Made by a program: the position numbers and the translations under genes | Source: a virus | IMG/VR virus record: IMGVR_UViG_3300037156_000058 | Coordinates: 4,692 to 68,691 of that record | Strand: one strand, 5' to 3' | DNA: 64,000 nt | In this document: piece by piece, positions 1 through 8,676 of the stretch | How the letters are laid out: each line of letters starts with the position of its first letter | Numbering within the stretch: the first letter of the stretch is position 1 | The notes under the pieces: generated by a model | What the model saw: the letters and a program-made list of their open reading frames with translations, nothing else | What the model was told of the DNA's origin: nothing | Database searches by the model: none

Positions 1-144
1 ATTAAGGATGGTTCCAAGCCTCCGAGCGCGCGCAAATTGACCCCGGATGAGGCCAAATTTCACAACGAGTGGATGGGTTACGTAGTGATAGCCGAATCGC
101 CCTTAGAGGCGGTTCAGAAAGTTATGAGGTACTGCAATTTATGA
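1..144 (+). CDS. VRR-NUC-like PD-(D/E)XK nuclease, C-terminal part (runs off window start)
   Basis: Frame 1 reads IKDGSKPPSARKLTPDEAKFHNEWMGYVVIAESPLEA..., resembling the (E)xK...LT..E..F C-terminus of phage VRR-NUC proteins. TGA overlaps the next ATG. Confidence 0.6.
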   Translation: MKDGSKPPSARKLTPDEAKFHNEWMGYVVIAESPLEAVQKVMRYCNL

Positions 145-425
145 CGCTACTTGAAAAGGCACTTCAGACAAAGACAATACGGAATCTATCTCAGAATAAG
201 GGAGACAATTTCGACGAAAGACTGGAATTGGCGCTGGCCTATGCAAACCGGAAGATATCAGTATCCCAGTCCATTGCGGCTGGAGGAACGAAAGGCGCTT
301 CCGGCTTGGGATCTGTGATCGTAACAGCCATTCGCCGCGGGATTATCAAGGTCGAGCGGGTGCCTGAAGTGGGGTCTCAAGGACCGGCATCTCTAGTAGT
401 TAGTAACGGGAGCGAGCCGCGATGA
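141..425 (+). CDS. hypothetical protein
   Basis: ATGA overlap with the upstream stop and the downstream start; start moved from 69 to ATG 141. Confidence 0.6.
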   Translation: MTLLEKALQTKTIRNLSQNKGDNFDERLELALAYANRKISVSQSIAAGGTKGASGLGSVIVTAIRRGIIKVERVPEVGSQGPASLVVSNGSEPR

Positions 426-604
426 CATCACTCTACATCGCAATCGTTTCCGGGTTCGGCTTCATGGGATTCATGGCCGTGCTCTGGATCTGCGCCACGC
501 TCCACGAGATCCACTTAGACCTGAAGGAACTAAACCGCGTTCTGGCGGAGAAGCAACTGGAGATACCGAGCCCGATGGTGGTTCGCGACTGGAAAGAGAG
601 ATGA
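422..604 (+). CDS. small membrane protein
   Basis: N-terminal hydrophobic helix; ATGA overlaps on both sides. Confidence 0.6.
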   Translation: MTSLYIAIVSGFGFMGFMAVLWICATLHEIHLDLKELNRVLAEKQLEIPSPMVVRDWKER

Positions 605-813
605 CGAACTTCTTTGCGACAATCGGATTTCTCTCCGCAGCCTTCGTACTCTGCCTGCTGGTGTCCCGCTCAATCATCGACGGCGCCGTGCAGCGCGTCA
701 CGCGCCACAGGCAGCGGCTGGAGGCATGTCGTCCAGCGTGGCGTTCTGGCTGCGACGAATATCGGCGGTCGCTGCGATTTCAGGGGCTTTCGAATAGGGT
801 GATGGAGCGATGA
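601..813 (+). CDS. small membrane protein
   Basis: N-terminal hydrophobic stretch; translational coupling. Confidence 0.55.
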   Translation: MTNFFATIGFLSAAFVLCLLVSRSIIDGAVQRVTRHRQRLEACRPAWRSGCDEYRRSLRFQGLSNRVMER

Positions 814-1481
814 GAGAACCGGCCGAACATTTTCTGAAAGACGTGCAGCACCACCAGATGACGATCCCGCTCAACGAAGGCGTCTACCGCCACGTCCGCT
901 TCAAGCAGCCGGGAACGTCAAACATGTGGTTCGACCTGGTGACATGGCCCGGTTTCCTCACGATCAGCGGCGACATGGGTACGTGGACATTCTCTCGCGT
1001 GCCAGACATGTTCACTTTCTTCCGTGATGACAAGCTACGAATCAACCCGTCGTACTGGGCTGAGAAGTTAGAGCATGGGAATTTCACCGGCCGGGAAGGT
1101 GGCAAGATCTGGGATCAGGATACGTTTCAGGCGCATCTCATCGACCAACTTGAGCGTCATTTCGAAGATGAGCCGAAGAAGCTGACCGAATTGAAAGCGG
1201 CCGTAGAAGAGGAAATATTCCGGTTGCATGACGGCGATGGCCCGCATGCTATGCGCCACGCCGCCTACGAGTTCACGTACGAGTTTGAGGCCGACCGGGA
1301 CACGCGGAGTTACACGGAGAAGATTCGCTTCCCGCGCGAAGTTAAAAAGTTCCAGTTCGAAGGCATGGACCTACCCGATGGCATGGTCTACTCCTATCAC
1401 TTCGTTTGGTGCCTCTACGCCATCGTGTGGGGAATCCAGAAGTGGGATAACGGCGACCTATTCGGGCAGGTGGAAGCATGA
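810..1481 (+). CDS. conserved phage hypothetical protein
   Basis: 223 aa with GGAG RBS. Motifs FDLVTWPGFLTISGDMG / INPSYWAEKL / WCLYAIVWGIQKWD recall a common phage family of unknown function. Confidence 0.75.
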   Translation: MREPAEHFLKDVQHHQMTIPLNEGVYRHVRFKQPGTSNMWFDLVTWPGFLTISGDMGTWTFSRVPDMFTFFRDDKLRINPSYWAEKLEHGNFTGREGGKIWDQDTFQAHLIDQLERHFEDEPKKLTELKAAVEEEIFRLHDGDGPHAMRHAAYEFTYEFEADRDTRSYTEKIRFPREVKKFQFEGMDLPDGMVYSYHFVWCLYAIVWGIQKWDNGDLFGQVEA

Positions 1482-1999
1482 GGCTCACCGAGGCGCAGAT
1501 CCAAAAGACGTGCAGCGACTTCCTTGCCCTCGACGGCTGGCGTGTGCTCATAACCAATCCGTGCAGCGACAAGGCCCGAGGCAAGGGATTCGGGGAAGTT
1601 GGGATGAGTATACCCGACGACGAGCTACTTACCCTGCACCTCGACATTGAGGAGCACATGGACAAAGTTGCCGCCATGTTCGCTCCCGGGGCGCAGGTCA
1701 CGTTGGTGGTGCATTTCCCGGGGTTGCCCGAGAAGGGGCTGTGTTTGGGGGATGACATCGAGGGCGCGATCGAGCAGGTACGGCACCTGCAGGGCAGTAA
1801 CAGGACGAAAGTGATTGAACCGATGAGGACGGTGGCGTCGCAGTTGGCGGATCCGGCAGTCGTGCAGGATGCGATGGGCGTGATTCACAAGCCAATGCCG
1901 TGCGCGGGGTGCTTTTGTAGTCAAACGCTACCGAATCAACTCCAATCGTGCCTTTGCGCTTGCCATCCCTCTGATCGGCGGGCGTGGAGCATGCGATGA
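1478..1999 (+). CDS. probable chimeric ORF with truncated VRR-NUC-like N-terminus
   Basis: The first ~43 aa (TEAQIQKTCSDFLALDGW...GFGEVGM) look like a VRR-NUC start; the rest is unrelated. Confidence 0.5.
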   Translation: MRLTEAQIQKTCSDFLALDGWRVLITNPCSDKARGKGFGEVGMSIPDDELLTLHLDIEEHMDKVAAMFAPGAQVTLVVHFPGLPEKGLCLGDDIEGAIEQVRHLQGSNRTKVIEPMRTVASQLADPAVVQDAMGVIHKPMPCAGCFCSQTLPNQLQSCLCACHPSDRRAWSMR

Positions 2000-2171
2000 G
2001 CGTGACCATAATCGGGCTCGACATCGCGCAGAAAACCACTGTTCTGGAACCACAGCCAATGGATACTCTGTTTGTTTGCTCAGAGGATTTTGCTTAACGC
2101 GATCGACCATCTGTCCCGACGTGAAAACGAAGCAAGGATAGCAATCCAATGAGCGACCGTGGAGGTGAAAC

Positions 2172-2378
2172 GTGGATGAAGCAATCCTGATCGAGATGGC
2201 GCAGCGGTTCAGGGCGCTGGAAGACATCGCCGAATTCGCAGGCGCATTGCTTCCGCGCGATATGCCTCGTGACGAATTTGTTAATTTCACGTCCGAGGGA
2301 ATGTCCGAAGCGCTGGAAGCCTGCCGGGATGACATGGTGGCGATGCAGGAAGCCATACGCGCGAGGGCCGGGAAATGA
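2172..2378 (+). CDS. hypothetical protein
   Basis: GGAGGTG RBS before GTG; coupled to the next gene. Confidence 0.6.
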   Translation: MDEAILIEMAQRFRALEDIAEFAGALLPRDMPRDEFVNFTSEGMSEALEACRDDMVAMQEAIRARAGK

Positions 2379-2587
2379 ATCCAACTCCCGAAGTTATTCA
2401 GGCCGCCACAGACCGTCTGCGGGCTGCGTTTATGCGGTACTCAATTGCCGGTCTGCGCTGGGATTACTGCTGCAATATCCACGAAGATACCCGGCAACTG
2501 ATCCGCGATGAGTTGGCGCGCCGAAGATTCCGTATGGCGACTTTCATGGCGATGGGCCGCGGCGAACGTGAAGTAGGGCGATTTTGA
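2375..2587 (+). CDS. hypothetical protein
   Basis: ATGA overlap within the operon. Confidence 0.55.
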   Translation: MNPTPEVIQAATDRLRAAFMRYSIAGLRWDYCCNIHEDTRQLIRDELARRRFRMATFMAMGRGEREVGRF

Positions 2588-2819
2588 TCGAAGACGTAAT
2601 TTCCTGCTTCGTTTGCAGCGAGCCGACCGGATGTCGGCATTTAGAACGTGATCTACGTCCGTTCATTGCCGCTCAGCGCCGCGCAGGAGCGATACTAAGC
2701 CAGCGCGCGGTAAATTCCATTGAGTAAGCGGCCCTGCGCGAATACGTGGCCCGTGTGGTCAAGCACAGTCGGTATAAACGACAGGAACAGTCGGCGGAGA
2801 TGGGATTCGGGAGGAAATC

Positions 2820-3098
2820 ATGAGCGTGAAATGGGAAACAGTAAAAGTTGGGGACGTCCTGTGGGATAAGCAGCGTCAGAAGATGGGGAACACTACCATG
2901 AGTCGAGACGCTATTTTCTCTGTACGTGTGGAATCCATCAATTACGCGCACGGTACTGCGATAGCATCGTGGAACGGAAATCCGGCGAGATGGTACCACA
3001 GGAGCGGAATCGAGCGCCTGTATCGCAATAAGCCGAAAACCAAACCGAGCATATTCGACAGAGCGCTGGAAGCTGTGAAGGGGAAAGTAGATGTCTGA
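2820..3098 (+). CDS. hypothetical protein
   Basis: GGAGG RBS; 92 aa. Confidence 0.65.
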   Translation: MSVKWETVKVGDVLWDKQRQKMGNTTMSRDAIFSVRVESINYAHGTAIASWNGNPARWYHRSGIERLYRNKPKTKPSIFDRALEAVKGKVDV

Positions 3099-3621
3099 AA
3101 TCGAGAACGAATTGTCGGAACCAGCAAAACGATACAAAGCGGAGAATGTCGTGTGCATGAACTGCGCGAGATCTCTGATCCCCGGCTGGATGCAGATGCC
3201 GGGACACGACGGCGAAGCGTGCGAATCGTGCAATGGAAGTGTAAAATCGGATACCCCGCAAGATCCCTGCTACCCGGCGCTGAACAGGGAGCGCGGAGAG
3301 TTGATCGCGGAGAGCATTGCCGGGACGTTGACAGAGGGCGGAATACATCGCCTCACGTATCTGAACGGCTATACGGACGCCCATATTGCCCTAATGGCGC
3401 CGCACGATACTTCGGTGCTGGATGCGCTGGAGGAAATCACCGGCACGGGGAAGTCGAAAGACCTGCTGGCCGCACTGAAGGAATGCCAAGTTGCATTTAA
3501 GGCAATGGAGCAGTCACCCGCGATCATGATGCGTGTGTCTGAGGAGCAGTATGATACTTGGTTCATTAAACTGGCAATGGACGTCCAATCCGCGATATCG
3601 CGTTACGAAGGGAAATCATGA
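3091..3621 (+). CDS. hypothetical protein with CxxC pair
   Basis: CMNC...CESC; overlapping operon arrangement. Confidence 0.6.
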   Translation: MSEIENELSEPAKRYKAENVVCMNCARSLIPGWMQMPGHDGEACESCNGSVKSDTPQDPCYPALNRERGELIAESIAGTLTEGGIHRLTYLNGYTDAHIALMAPHDTSVLDALEEITGTGKSKDLLAALKECQVAFKAMEQSPAIMMRVSEEQYDTWFIKLAMDVQSAISRYEGKS

Positions 3622-4325
3622 GCACATTGAGAGATGACTTACTTAGCAGGGAAGTTGTGTTGAATCTGATCTGGCTGCGGAAGAGCCCGAATCCGATGGC
3701 GTGCGATGACTCGCTAGATAAGCACGACGCAGCCCAGCGCGCCGACCTGTTCCGCGTTTCCAACGAACTGTGCGGCCTGAAAACAGTTCTCGGGTGCCAG
3801 AACGGAACAGTCCAAGACGCGATAGCCTCCGTCGAAGCGAAAGACGCCTACATCACGGAGTTGGGGGAACGCTGTAAATCTCTTGATGCGGGCGCATTGC
3901 CGCGGAGGCAGAGGATAGCTCAACTGGAGTCCGAGGTCCAGCGGATCACAGAAGCATTGGCCTCAGCAGTAGGGTCTTCAGAGGATCGCCTGCGGCAGAT
4001 ACGGGCCATAGGGAAGGAACTTGCGGAAGCGAAAACCGCCTATCAAGGTTTGTTCGACTCGCTGGAAATAGTGGGCGAGGAAAGGGATGAATTACGGGGT
4101 GAATTGAATTCCCTTAACGCGGAATTGAATGCGCAGGCCGAGACGATCCGTGCCCTCCGCGCCCGGCTGCAGGGGGCTGAGAAGGACACGAGGCGGTTGG
4201 ATTGGATACAGGGGAAAAGTGACTTATGTCGTGTAGATAACGATGCCGGTATCTCGCTCTCATGGAATCAGCGGACGCTTCGTGAGGCCATCGACGCCGC
4301 AATGGGCGAGAAGGAGGGGAAATAG
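3618..4325 (+). CDS. coiled-coil phage protein
   Basis: Heptad-rich; ends in the common phage tail RLDW...LREAIDAAM. Confidence 0.7.
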   Translation: MSTLRDDLLSREVVLNLIWLRKSPNPMACDDSLDKHDAAQRADLFRVSNELCGLKTVLGCQNGTVQDAIASVEAKDAYITELGERCKSLDAGALPRRQRIAQLESEVQRITEALASAVGSSEDRLRQIRAIGKELAEAKTAYQGLFDSLEIVGEERDELRGELNSLNAELNAQAETIRALRARLQGAEKDTRRLDWIQGKSDLCRVDNDAGISLSWNQRTLREAIDAAMGEKEGK

Positions 4326-4564
4326 TGACTAAGGGGGCTCTTGATGTTCTCATCCAGATGCAGGACGGCGTAGAATTCGCTTACGAAAACGGATGCGGGT
4401 ACCTTGCAAATCGGCGTGTAAAGAACGCCAGCAAGATTCTCATGGAATTGCTACGTATAATGGAGATCCGAAAGGTTGACACGGGCATGGAACCTACAGA
4501 GATATACCGCATTGGAGAAACAGGCCGGGAAATACTGAAGAAGGGGGGCCGTAATGCCGATTGA
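4325..4564 (+). CDS. hypothetical protein (possible winged helix)
   Basis: GGAGG RBS; C-terminal YRIGETGRE is wing-like. Confidence 0.55.
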   Translation: MTKGALDVLIQMQDGVEFAYENGCGYLANRRVKNASKILMELLRIMEIRKVDTGMEPTEIYRIGETGREILKKGGRNAD

Positions 4565-4730
4565 CCCGAAAGTGTGGATACAATGCCTGGCCGACTGCAT
4601 ATGCCACAAATGTGGAGGCCCAACGGAATACCGGATTGTAGAGGATTCAGAAGGCCACGAGGATGTTAATCACCGGTGCAAGGACGAAAAGTGCATGGCG
4701 ACTCGATGGGTAGATGGGAGCGATGCGTAA
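4554..4730 (+). CDS. 58-aa Cys-rich protein (not in ORF track)
   Basis: My translation: MPIDPKVWIQCLADCICHKCGGPTEYRIVEDSEGHEDVNHRCKDEKCMATRWVDGSDA*. TAATG overlap with the next gene. Confidence 0.6.
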   Translation: MPIDPKVWIQCLADCICHKCGGPTEYRIVEDSEGHEDVNHRCKDEKCMATRWVDGSDA

Positions 4731-5452
4731 TGCCTATTGACCCAAAGGATACTTATGCCGAGATTTGCAAGCGGGGGTGCGAGTGGTGCGCAAAGGGACA
4801 TACTGCAACCGTCGATAGAGGAACAGTTCACAAAGTTTATTCCATGAAATCGACAGCCCCGGACTGGCAAAAAGACGAAAGAGTCAAAGGATTTTCAGAA
4901 TACTTTCGATGCACCGCCTTTACCCGCGATCAGGTAATCGAGCGTCAAGCCACCGAGCTTACCGCGCAGGCCGAAATACTTCAGTTGAGAGAGCAGGAGT
5001 TGAACTCTCTCAATACAGAATTGAACGCTCAGGCCGAGACGATCCTGCGGCTGGAGATGGCTAATGTCGAAGCCCATGATGTAGCGACGGAACAACAGGA
5101 AATGCGTATAGAGCAGAACGAGACGATCCAGCGACTGCGAGATGCGGTGGAAGGATTACTGGTCATGATGGATTACGGACCCAAACCGCAGAAACTTGAT
5201 GCTGCACTCACTTGGCGACAAAATGACGAACTGGCGAGATCGAACGCGCTCAGCGCTCTTGCTGACCAGCCAGCGCCGCCCGCTCCAGCAGAGAGGGAGT
5301 GGCGGGCGCAGCATCGTCAGTTCCCGGGCATCGCAGTAAAGATTAGCCGATCCTGCGAATGGCAATCCTCCATCAATCCGGATTACCAATTGCAGTACTC
5401 CGACGACGGCGGAAAAACGTGGACCGACGCGGAGGTTACCGATGGAAAGTAA
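4730..5452 (+). CDS. coiled-coil hypothetical protein
   Basis: Start placed at ATG 4730 (TAATG overlap). Confidence 0.65.
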   Translation: MPIDPKDTYAEICKRGCEWCAKGHTATVDRGTVHKVYSMKSTAPDWQKDERVKGFSEYFRCTAFTRDQVIERQATELTAQAEILQLREQELNSLNTELNAQAETILRLEMANVEAHDVATEQQEMRIEQNETIQRLRDAVEGLLVMMDYGPKPQKLDAALTWRQNDELARSNALSALADQPAPPAPAEREWRAQHRQFPGIAVKISRSCEWQSSINPDYQLQYSDDGGKTWTDAEVTDGK

Positions 5453-5774
5453 GACGACGTTGAAGCCGTGCCCGTTTTGCGGATGCCTGGCTTCCTTGTG
5501 CCAACGTAATGGGGAGTTTCTAGCGGAGTGCGACAACCCGGAGTGCTCCGTAAACCCGTGTGCGGCAGAGGATTCCGAGGCTGCGGCGGTAGATGTGTGG
5601 AACACGCGCCCTCAGGACGCGATCCTCGAAGCGGCTCAACGGGTGGCGGATGCGCAGCGACGGTGGATGACCTGCGATTTGCCTGAATATGAATACGTAT
5701 TGGCGGCTAGTGAATTTCGAAATTCCGTAAACGCCCTCGCCGCGCTGCTGCCCGCTAAAGGAGAGAAGCCATGA
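5442..5774 (+). CDS. Lar-family restriction alleviation protein
   Basis: LKPCPFCG...C..C...A...WNTR signature. Confidence 0.75.
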   Translation: MESKTTLKPCPFCGCLASLCQRNGEFLAECDNPECSVNPCAAEDSEAAAVDVWNTRPQDAILEAAQRVADAQRRWMTCDLPEYEYVLAASEFRNSVNALAALLPAKGEKP

Positions 5775-5986
5775 GCGTTGACATGACCGACCGGAGATTT
5801 ACCTATTCACTACGCGTGTATTGTGATTCTCCCGGATGCGCAACATTCGAGGAAATCATCGGGAAAACTCAGCAAGGGTGTTTACGCCGCGCTGAACGTG
5901 AAGGGTGGACAGTCACAAAGAACCGCTTATTTACGGCATGCCCAGCATGTACGAAGAAGCTTACCGCGATAAAGGATATAGTATGA
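5771..5986 (+). CDS. zinc-ribbon hypothetical protein
   Basis: CDSPGC...GW...CPAC. Confidence 0.65.
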   Translation: MSVDMTDRRFTYSLRVYCDSPGCATFEEIIGKTQQGCLRRAEREGWTVTKNRLFTACPACTKKLTAIKDIV

Positions 5987-6330
5987 CGGACGCAGAAATC
6001 ACGAAACTGATCGCAACGCGCGTGATGGGCTGGACGTGGCACCAGAGAAGCGCATGGGTCGATCAGGAGGAAGGGAATGAAGATCGGGGGGCATGGGAAT
6101 GTAACAACCGATACGCCTATGGCCGCTACTTCAACCCGCCCGAATCCATCGCCGACGCGTGGCTCGTGGTCGAGAAATTGCGGGAACTGGACAATTATGT
6201 GCGTATTGAGCTACATCCTTCAGGTCAGTGGTGCCACGTAGCCGTTTGGAGACACGGAAAGATTACGAACATCAGGTCCGATACCGCCCCTATGGCGATT
6301 TGCCTGGCGGCACTGAGCGCGGTTAACTAG
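5983..6330 (+). CDS. phage ABA-sandwich domain protein
   Basis: IATRVMGW...SIADAWLVVEKL...APMAICLAAL pattern; start at the ATGA overlap. Confidence 0.75.
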   Translation: MTDAEITKLIATRVMGWTWHQRSAWVDQEEGNEDRGAWECNNRYAYGRYFNPPESIADAWLVVEKLRELDNYVRIELHPSGQWCHVAVWRHGKITNIRSDTAPMAICLAALSAVN

Positions 6331-6338
6331 GAGAAGGT

Positions 6339-6557
6339 ATGAACGATACTGCCGCAATCGCGATAGCTGAAGCTGTGGCGGGTTTGGATCTCACTCCGCC
6401 AGATTCTAAATGCCCGGTTGAGGTCTGCCGGAAATGCCGGAAGAGCCCAGTTTGGTCCCTTTCAACAAGAGGAATCTGTCTTAAATGCTGGCGGTTACGC
6501 AAGCGCTCAGAATCGACTCCCTGGCCCACTGATTCCTTGCTGACTGAATCCCGTTAA
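6339..6557 (+). CDS. hypothetical protein with CxxC pair
   Basis: GGAGAAGG RBS; overlaps the convergent endolysin end. Confidence 0.45.
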   Translation: MNDTAAIAIAEAVAGLDLTPPDSKCPVEVCRKCRKSPVWSLSTRGICLKCWRLRKRSESTPWPTDSLLTESR

Positions 6558-7050
6558 GCTCCGGCCGCTCGATTCGGTGAGATTCCCGAGCTGCAGTAAC
6601 GTAGTCGCCAGCGTCCATAGCAGACCACATGCGCGGAAATGGCTTGCCGGTGTTGTACAGGCAATCCAATGCGGCATCTCGACACCCTGACGGCCATGCG
6701 CTCGATTGCGGATGCAGGCGCCCGAGCAGAGCAATCGTCTTGCCCATGTCGGCAGCTTTCAGGGCGTCGATCTGCGCATCGGTCAGGCGGCAGACCGTAG
6801 CTTCCTCATACGCTCCCGCTGCGAGGCCGGGAGCCATTCGTTTTACATTGGCCCAGTCTTCCTCCGCCCACTCGTCCTGGAACGCGCCTACGGCGTCCAG
6901 CCTGGTAAACAGGGCATGCCCGACGCCGCAGGTTGGAGTCCCCCCGCCGTCTGCGTAAATCCAGCGCGACCGTCCTTCGAACTCGTCGAGCGCTTCGGAC
7001 CAGCTCATCGGCATTATCGAGCCATCCACCACCGGAGCCTGACTACTCAC
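6481..7050 (-). CDS. endolysin, phage lysozyme (GH24-like)
   Basis: EFEG...Y.D.GG.PT.GVGH matches the E-x8-D-x5-T lysozyme catalytic pattern. Exact start uncertain. Confidence 0.8.
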   Translation of the reverse strand: MSSQAPVVDGSIMPMSWSEALDEFEGRSRWIYADGGGTPTCGVGHALFTRLDAVGAFQDEWAEEDWANVKRMAPGLAAGAYEEATVCRLTDAQIDALKAADMGKTIALLGRLHPQSSAWPSGCRDAALDCLYNTGKPFPRMWSAMDAGDYVTAARESHRIERPELNGIQSARNQWARESILSACVTASI

Positions 7051-7262
7051 GAAATGACTCCCTGCCGAAGTAATTCGTCAAGCGCCCTCTGCGCCACATC
7101 GATCCGCAATTGCTTTTCGGCTGTGCCAAGTTGGTCCCATGGGGCGTCGGGATATGCTTCTGTGGGCGCCAATAGAGAAAGTTCCGCCCGTGCCGATTGC
7201 ATGGACACCGCCAAGGACACAGCGTTGAATCTCTTTTGGTCGAACGTTCCATTAAGGATCAT
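7047..7262 (-). CDS. hypothetical protein in lysis cassette
   Basis: Coupled between the holin and endolysin. Confidence 0.55.
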   Translation of the reverse strand: MILNGTFDQKRFNAVSLAVSMQSARAELSLLAPTEAYPDAPWDQLGTAEKQLRIDVAQRALDELLRQGVIS

Positions 7263-7549
7263 TTCGCTTCTCCCGCATCAACCGCTGGGGCCTGCGCTTC
7301 GACGCGAACTTCCGTGACCTGTGACATGGCCACGGAGGCCGTGGATGGGCTCGCTGCCGCGACCTCTTCCACGGTCGAGTGTACGTTGGTGGACTTGCTC
7401 GTAAAGCCGAGCGCAAGCACCCCGCCACCCATGACGTACTTGGCGATTTGCACGACGACCGGGTAATGGACGAAAGTCTCCGGGCTGAAGACAACAAACC
7501 CAGCAACGAAGACGACGATCCCAGAAAGGGACGTGGGCCAGCTTTTCAC
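7259..7549 (-). CDS. putative holin
   Basis: GGAG RBS then GTG; two hydrophobic segments and a polar tail; upstream of the lysozyme. Confidence 0.6.
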   Translation of the reverse strand: MKSWPTSLSGIVVFVAGFVVFSPETFVHYPVVVQIAKYVMGGGVLALGFTSKSTNVHSTVEEVAAASPSTASVAMSQVTEVRVEAQAPAVDAGEAK

Positions 7550-7746
7550 AGCACACTCCGTGAAATCTTCCAAAACAGACGGAGCATGGCAATCCTCGTT
7601 CGCCAGCCGCGATTCGTGCCAGAGGGAAGGACTACCGAGTAGCGCAGCGCGAACGCGATGCGGTCCGTTCGCTTCCGGAGTGATGGACCTTGATCTATGT
7701 ACCACGGTATGCGGAGGCTGTTGTGCATGGATTCAGGATACCGCAC

Positions 7747-7789
7747 AAAAAACCGCCCCGGTTCCTTGTCGCAGGAGTTGCCGGGGCGG
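7747..7789 (-). terminator. intrinsic terminator
   Basis: CCGCCCCGG...CCGGGGCGG stem followed by T6 on the minus strand. Confidence 0.8.
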
Positions 7790-7925
7790 GTACTGTACTG
7801 CGCGGGTTGTATGGGTGATATTGTGAGGGACGCGCCGCCAGCCCTCTTTGTTTTCGCTTTATCCGTCGTTCCGGTCACGTACCGGACCACTCGTTAGGCG
7901 ATGGCCTTATGGATGAGTAAATTCC

Positions 7926-7955
7926 ATCTTACACCCGGACGCCGGGAGATTGCAA
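7926..7955 (-). promoter_or_regulatory. sigma70-like promoter
   Basis: TTGCAA-18 nt-TAAGAT. Confidence 0.55.
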
Positions 7956-7959
7956 GACT

Positions 7960-8232
7960 TTACTGCGCTGCCGGGGCAGTCGCCTTGCTGGTGAACACGC
8001 CAGCAGCATTCAGCAGCGCAACGGCGATACCGATTGCCTTAACGAGCGCAGCCAGAAACGCGGTCTGATTGCCCCACGACTTCTGGAGATCCTGCTCTGT
8101 CTCGAAAGCCGCCTGGCCGATTGCAAGCCCGGCATCGAGCTTCGCCTTTCCCTGTCCAGAGATAGGTATTTCCGCTTCTATGACCTTCGCAATGGAGAAA
8201 GCCTGCGGGATGAGAGATAGCCACTTAAACAT
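7960..8232 (-). CDS. small amphipathic/membrane protein
   Basis: GAGG RBS; hydrophobic C-terminus. Confidence 0.7.
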   Translation of the reverse strand: MFKWLSLIPQAFSIAKVIEAEIPISGQGKAKLDAGLAIGQAAFETEQDLQKSWGNQTAFLAALVKAIGIAVALLNAAGVFTSKATAPAAQ

Positions 8233-8350
8233 GTTTTTCCTCGATTCTGAATTTGCTCCCGGTGCAGGTGGCTAACGACAGCGGAACCGAGGGATGACGC
8301 CGCGCCAGTACCGTTGCCGGGAACAGGACCATCTTATCACGTTTTCGGCG

Positions 8351-8674
8351 TTACGGTTTATCGCAAACTTCAGTTCGTACGACTTCAGCCCTTCCGGTCC
8401 CGTTCCACGTTGCCACAAATACCGGAGTAAGACTATTCATGCTGCCATCGCGGTCATCGTAGGGGTATTTCTTGTCCGGGTCGGGGAAGTTTTCCCACTT
8501 CATTCCGAATAGTGTCGCCTGATCCCGCGCCCACGCAATGGCCGGTTCCTTGCGGCTGAACGTGCAGGAATTTCCGCCACCAGCGGGAAATAGGATATTC
8601 GCCTGATAGATGACGAATCTGCCCCACTCGGAAATCTCCAAATCGAGAATCCAGCGCTTTCCTGTGACGAACAT
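8351..8674 (-). CDS. hypothetical protein
   Basis: 107-aa ORF directly after the upstream stop. Confidence 0.55.
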   Translation of the reverse strand: MFVTGKRWILDLEISEWGRFVIYQANILFPAGGGNSCTFSRKEPAIAWARDQATLFGMKWENFPDPDKKYPYDDRDGSMNSLTPVFVATWNGTGRAEVVRTEVCDKP

Positions 8675-8676
8675 CC

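Noticed and set aside
7855-7915. Hammerhead-like three-way junction in the candidate sRNA (CTAACGA...GAC)
   Set aside because: The core deviates from CUGAnGA/GAAA at catalytically required positions, so it is not called a ribozyme.
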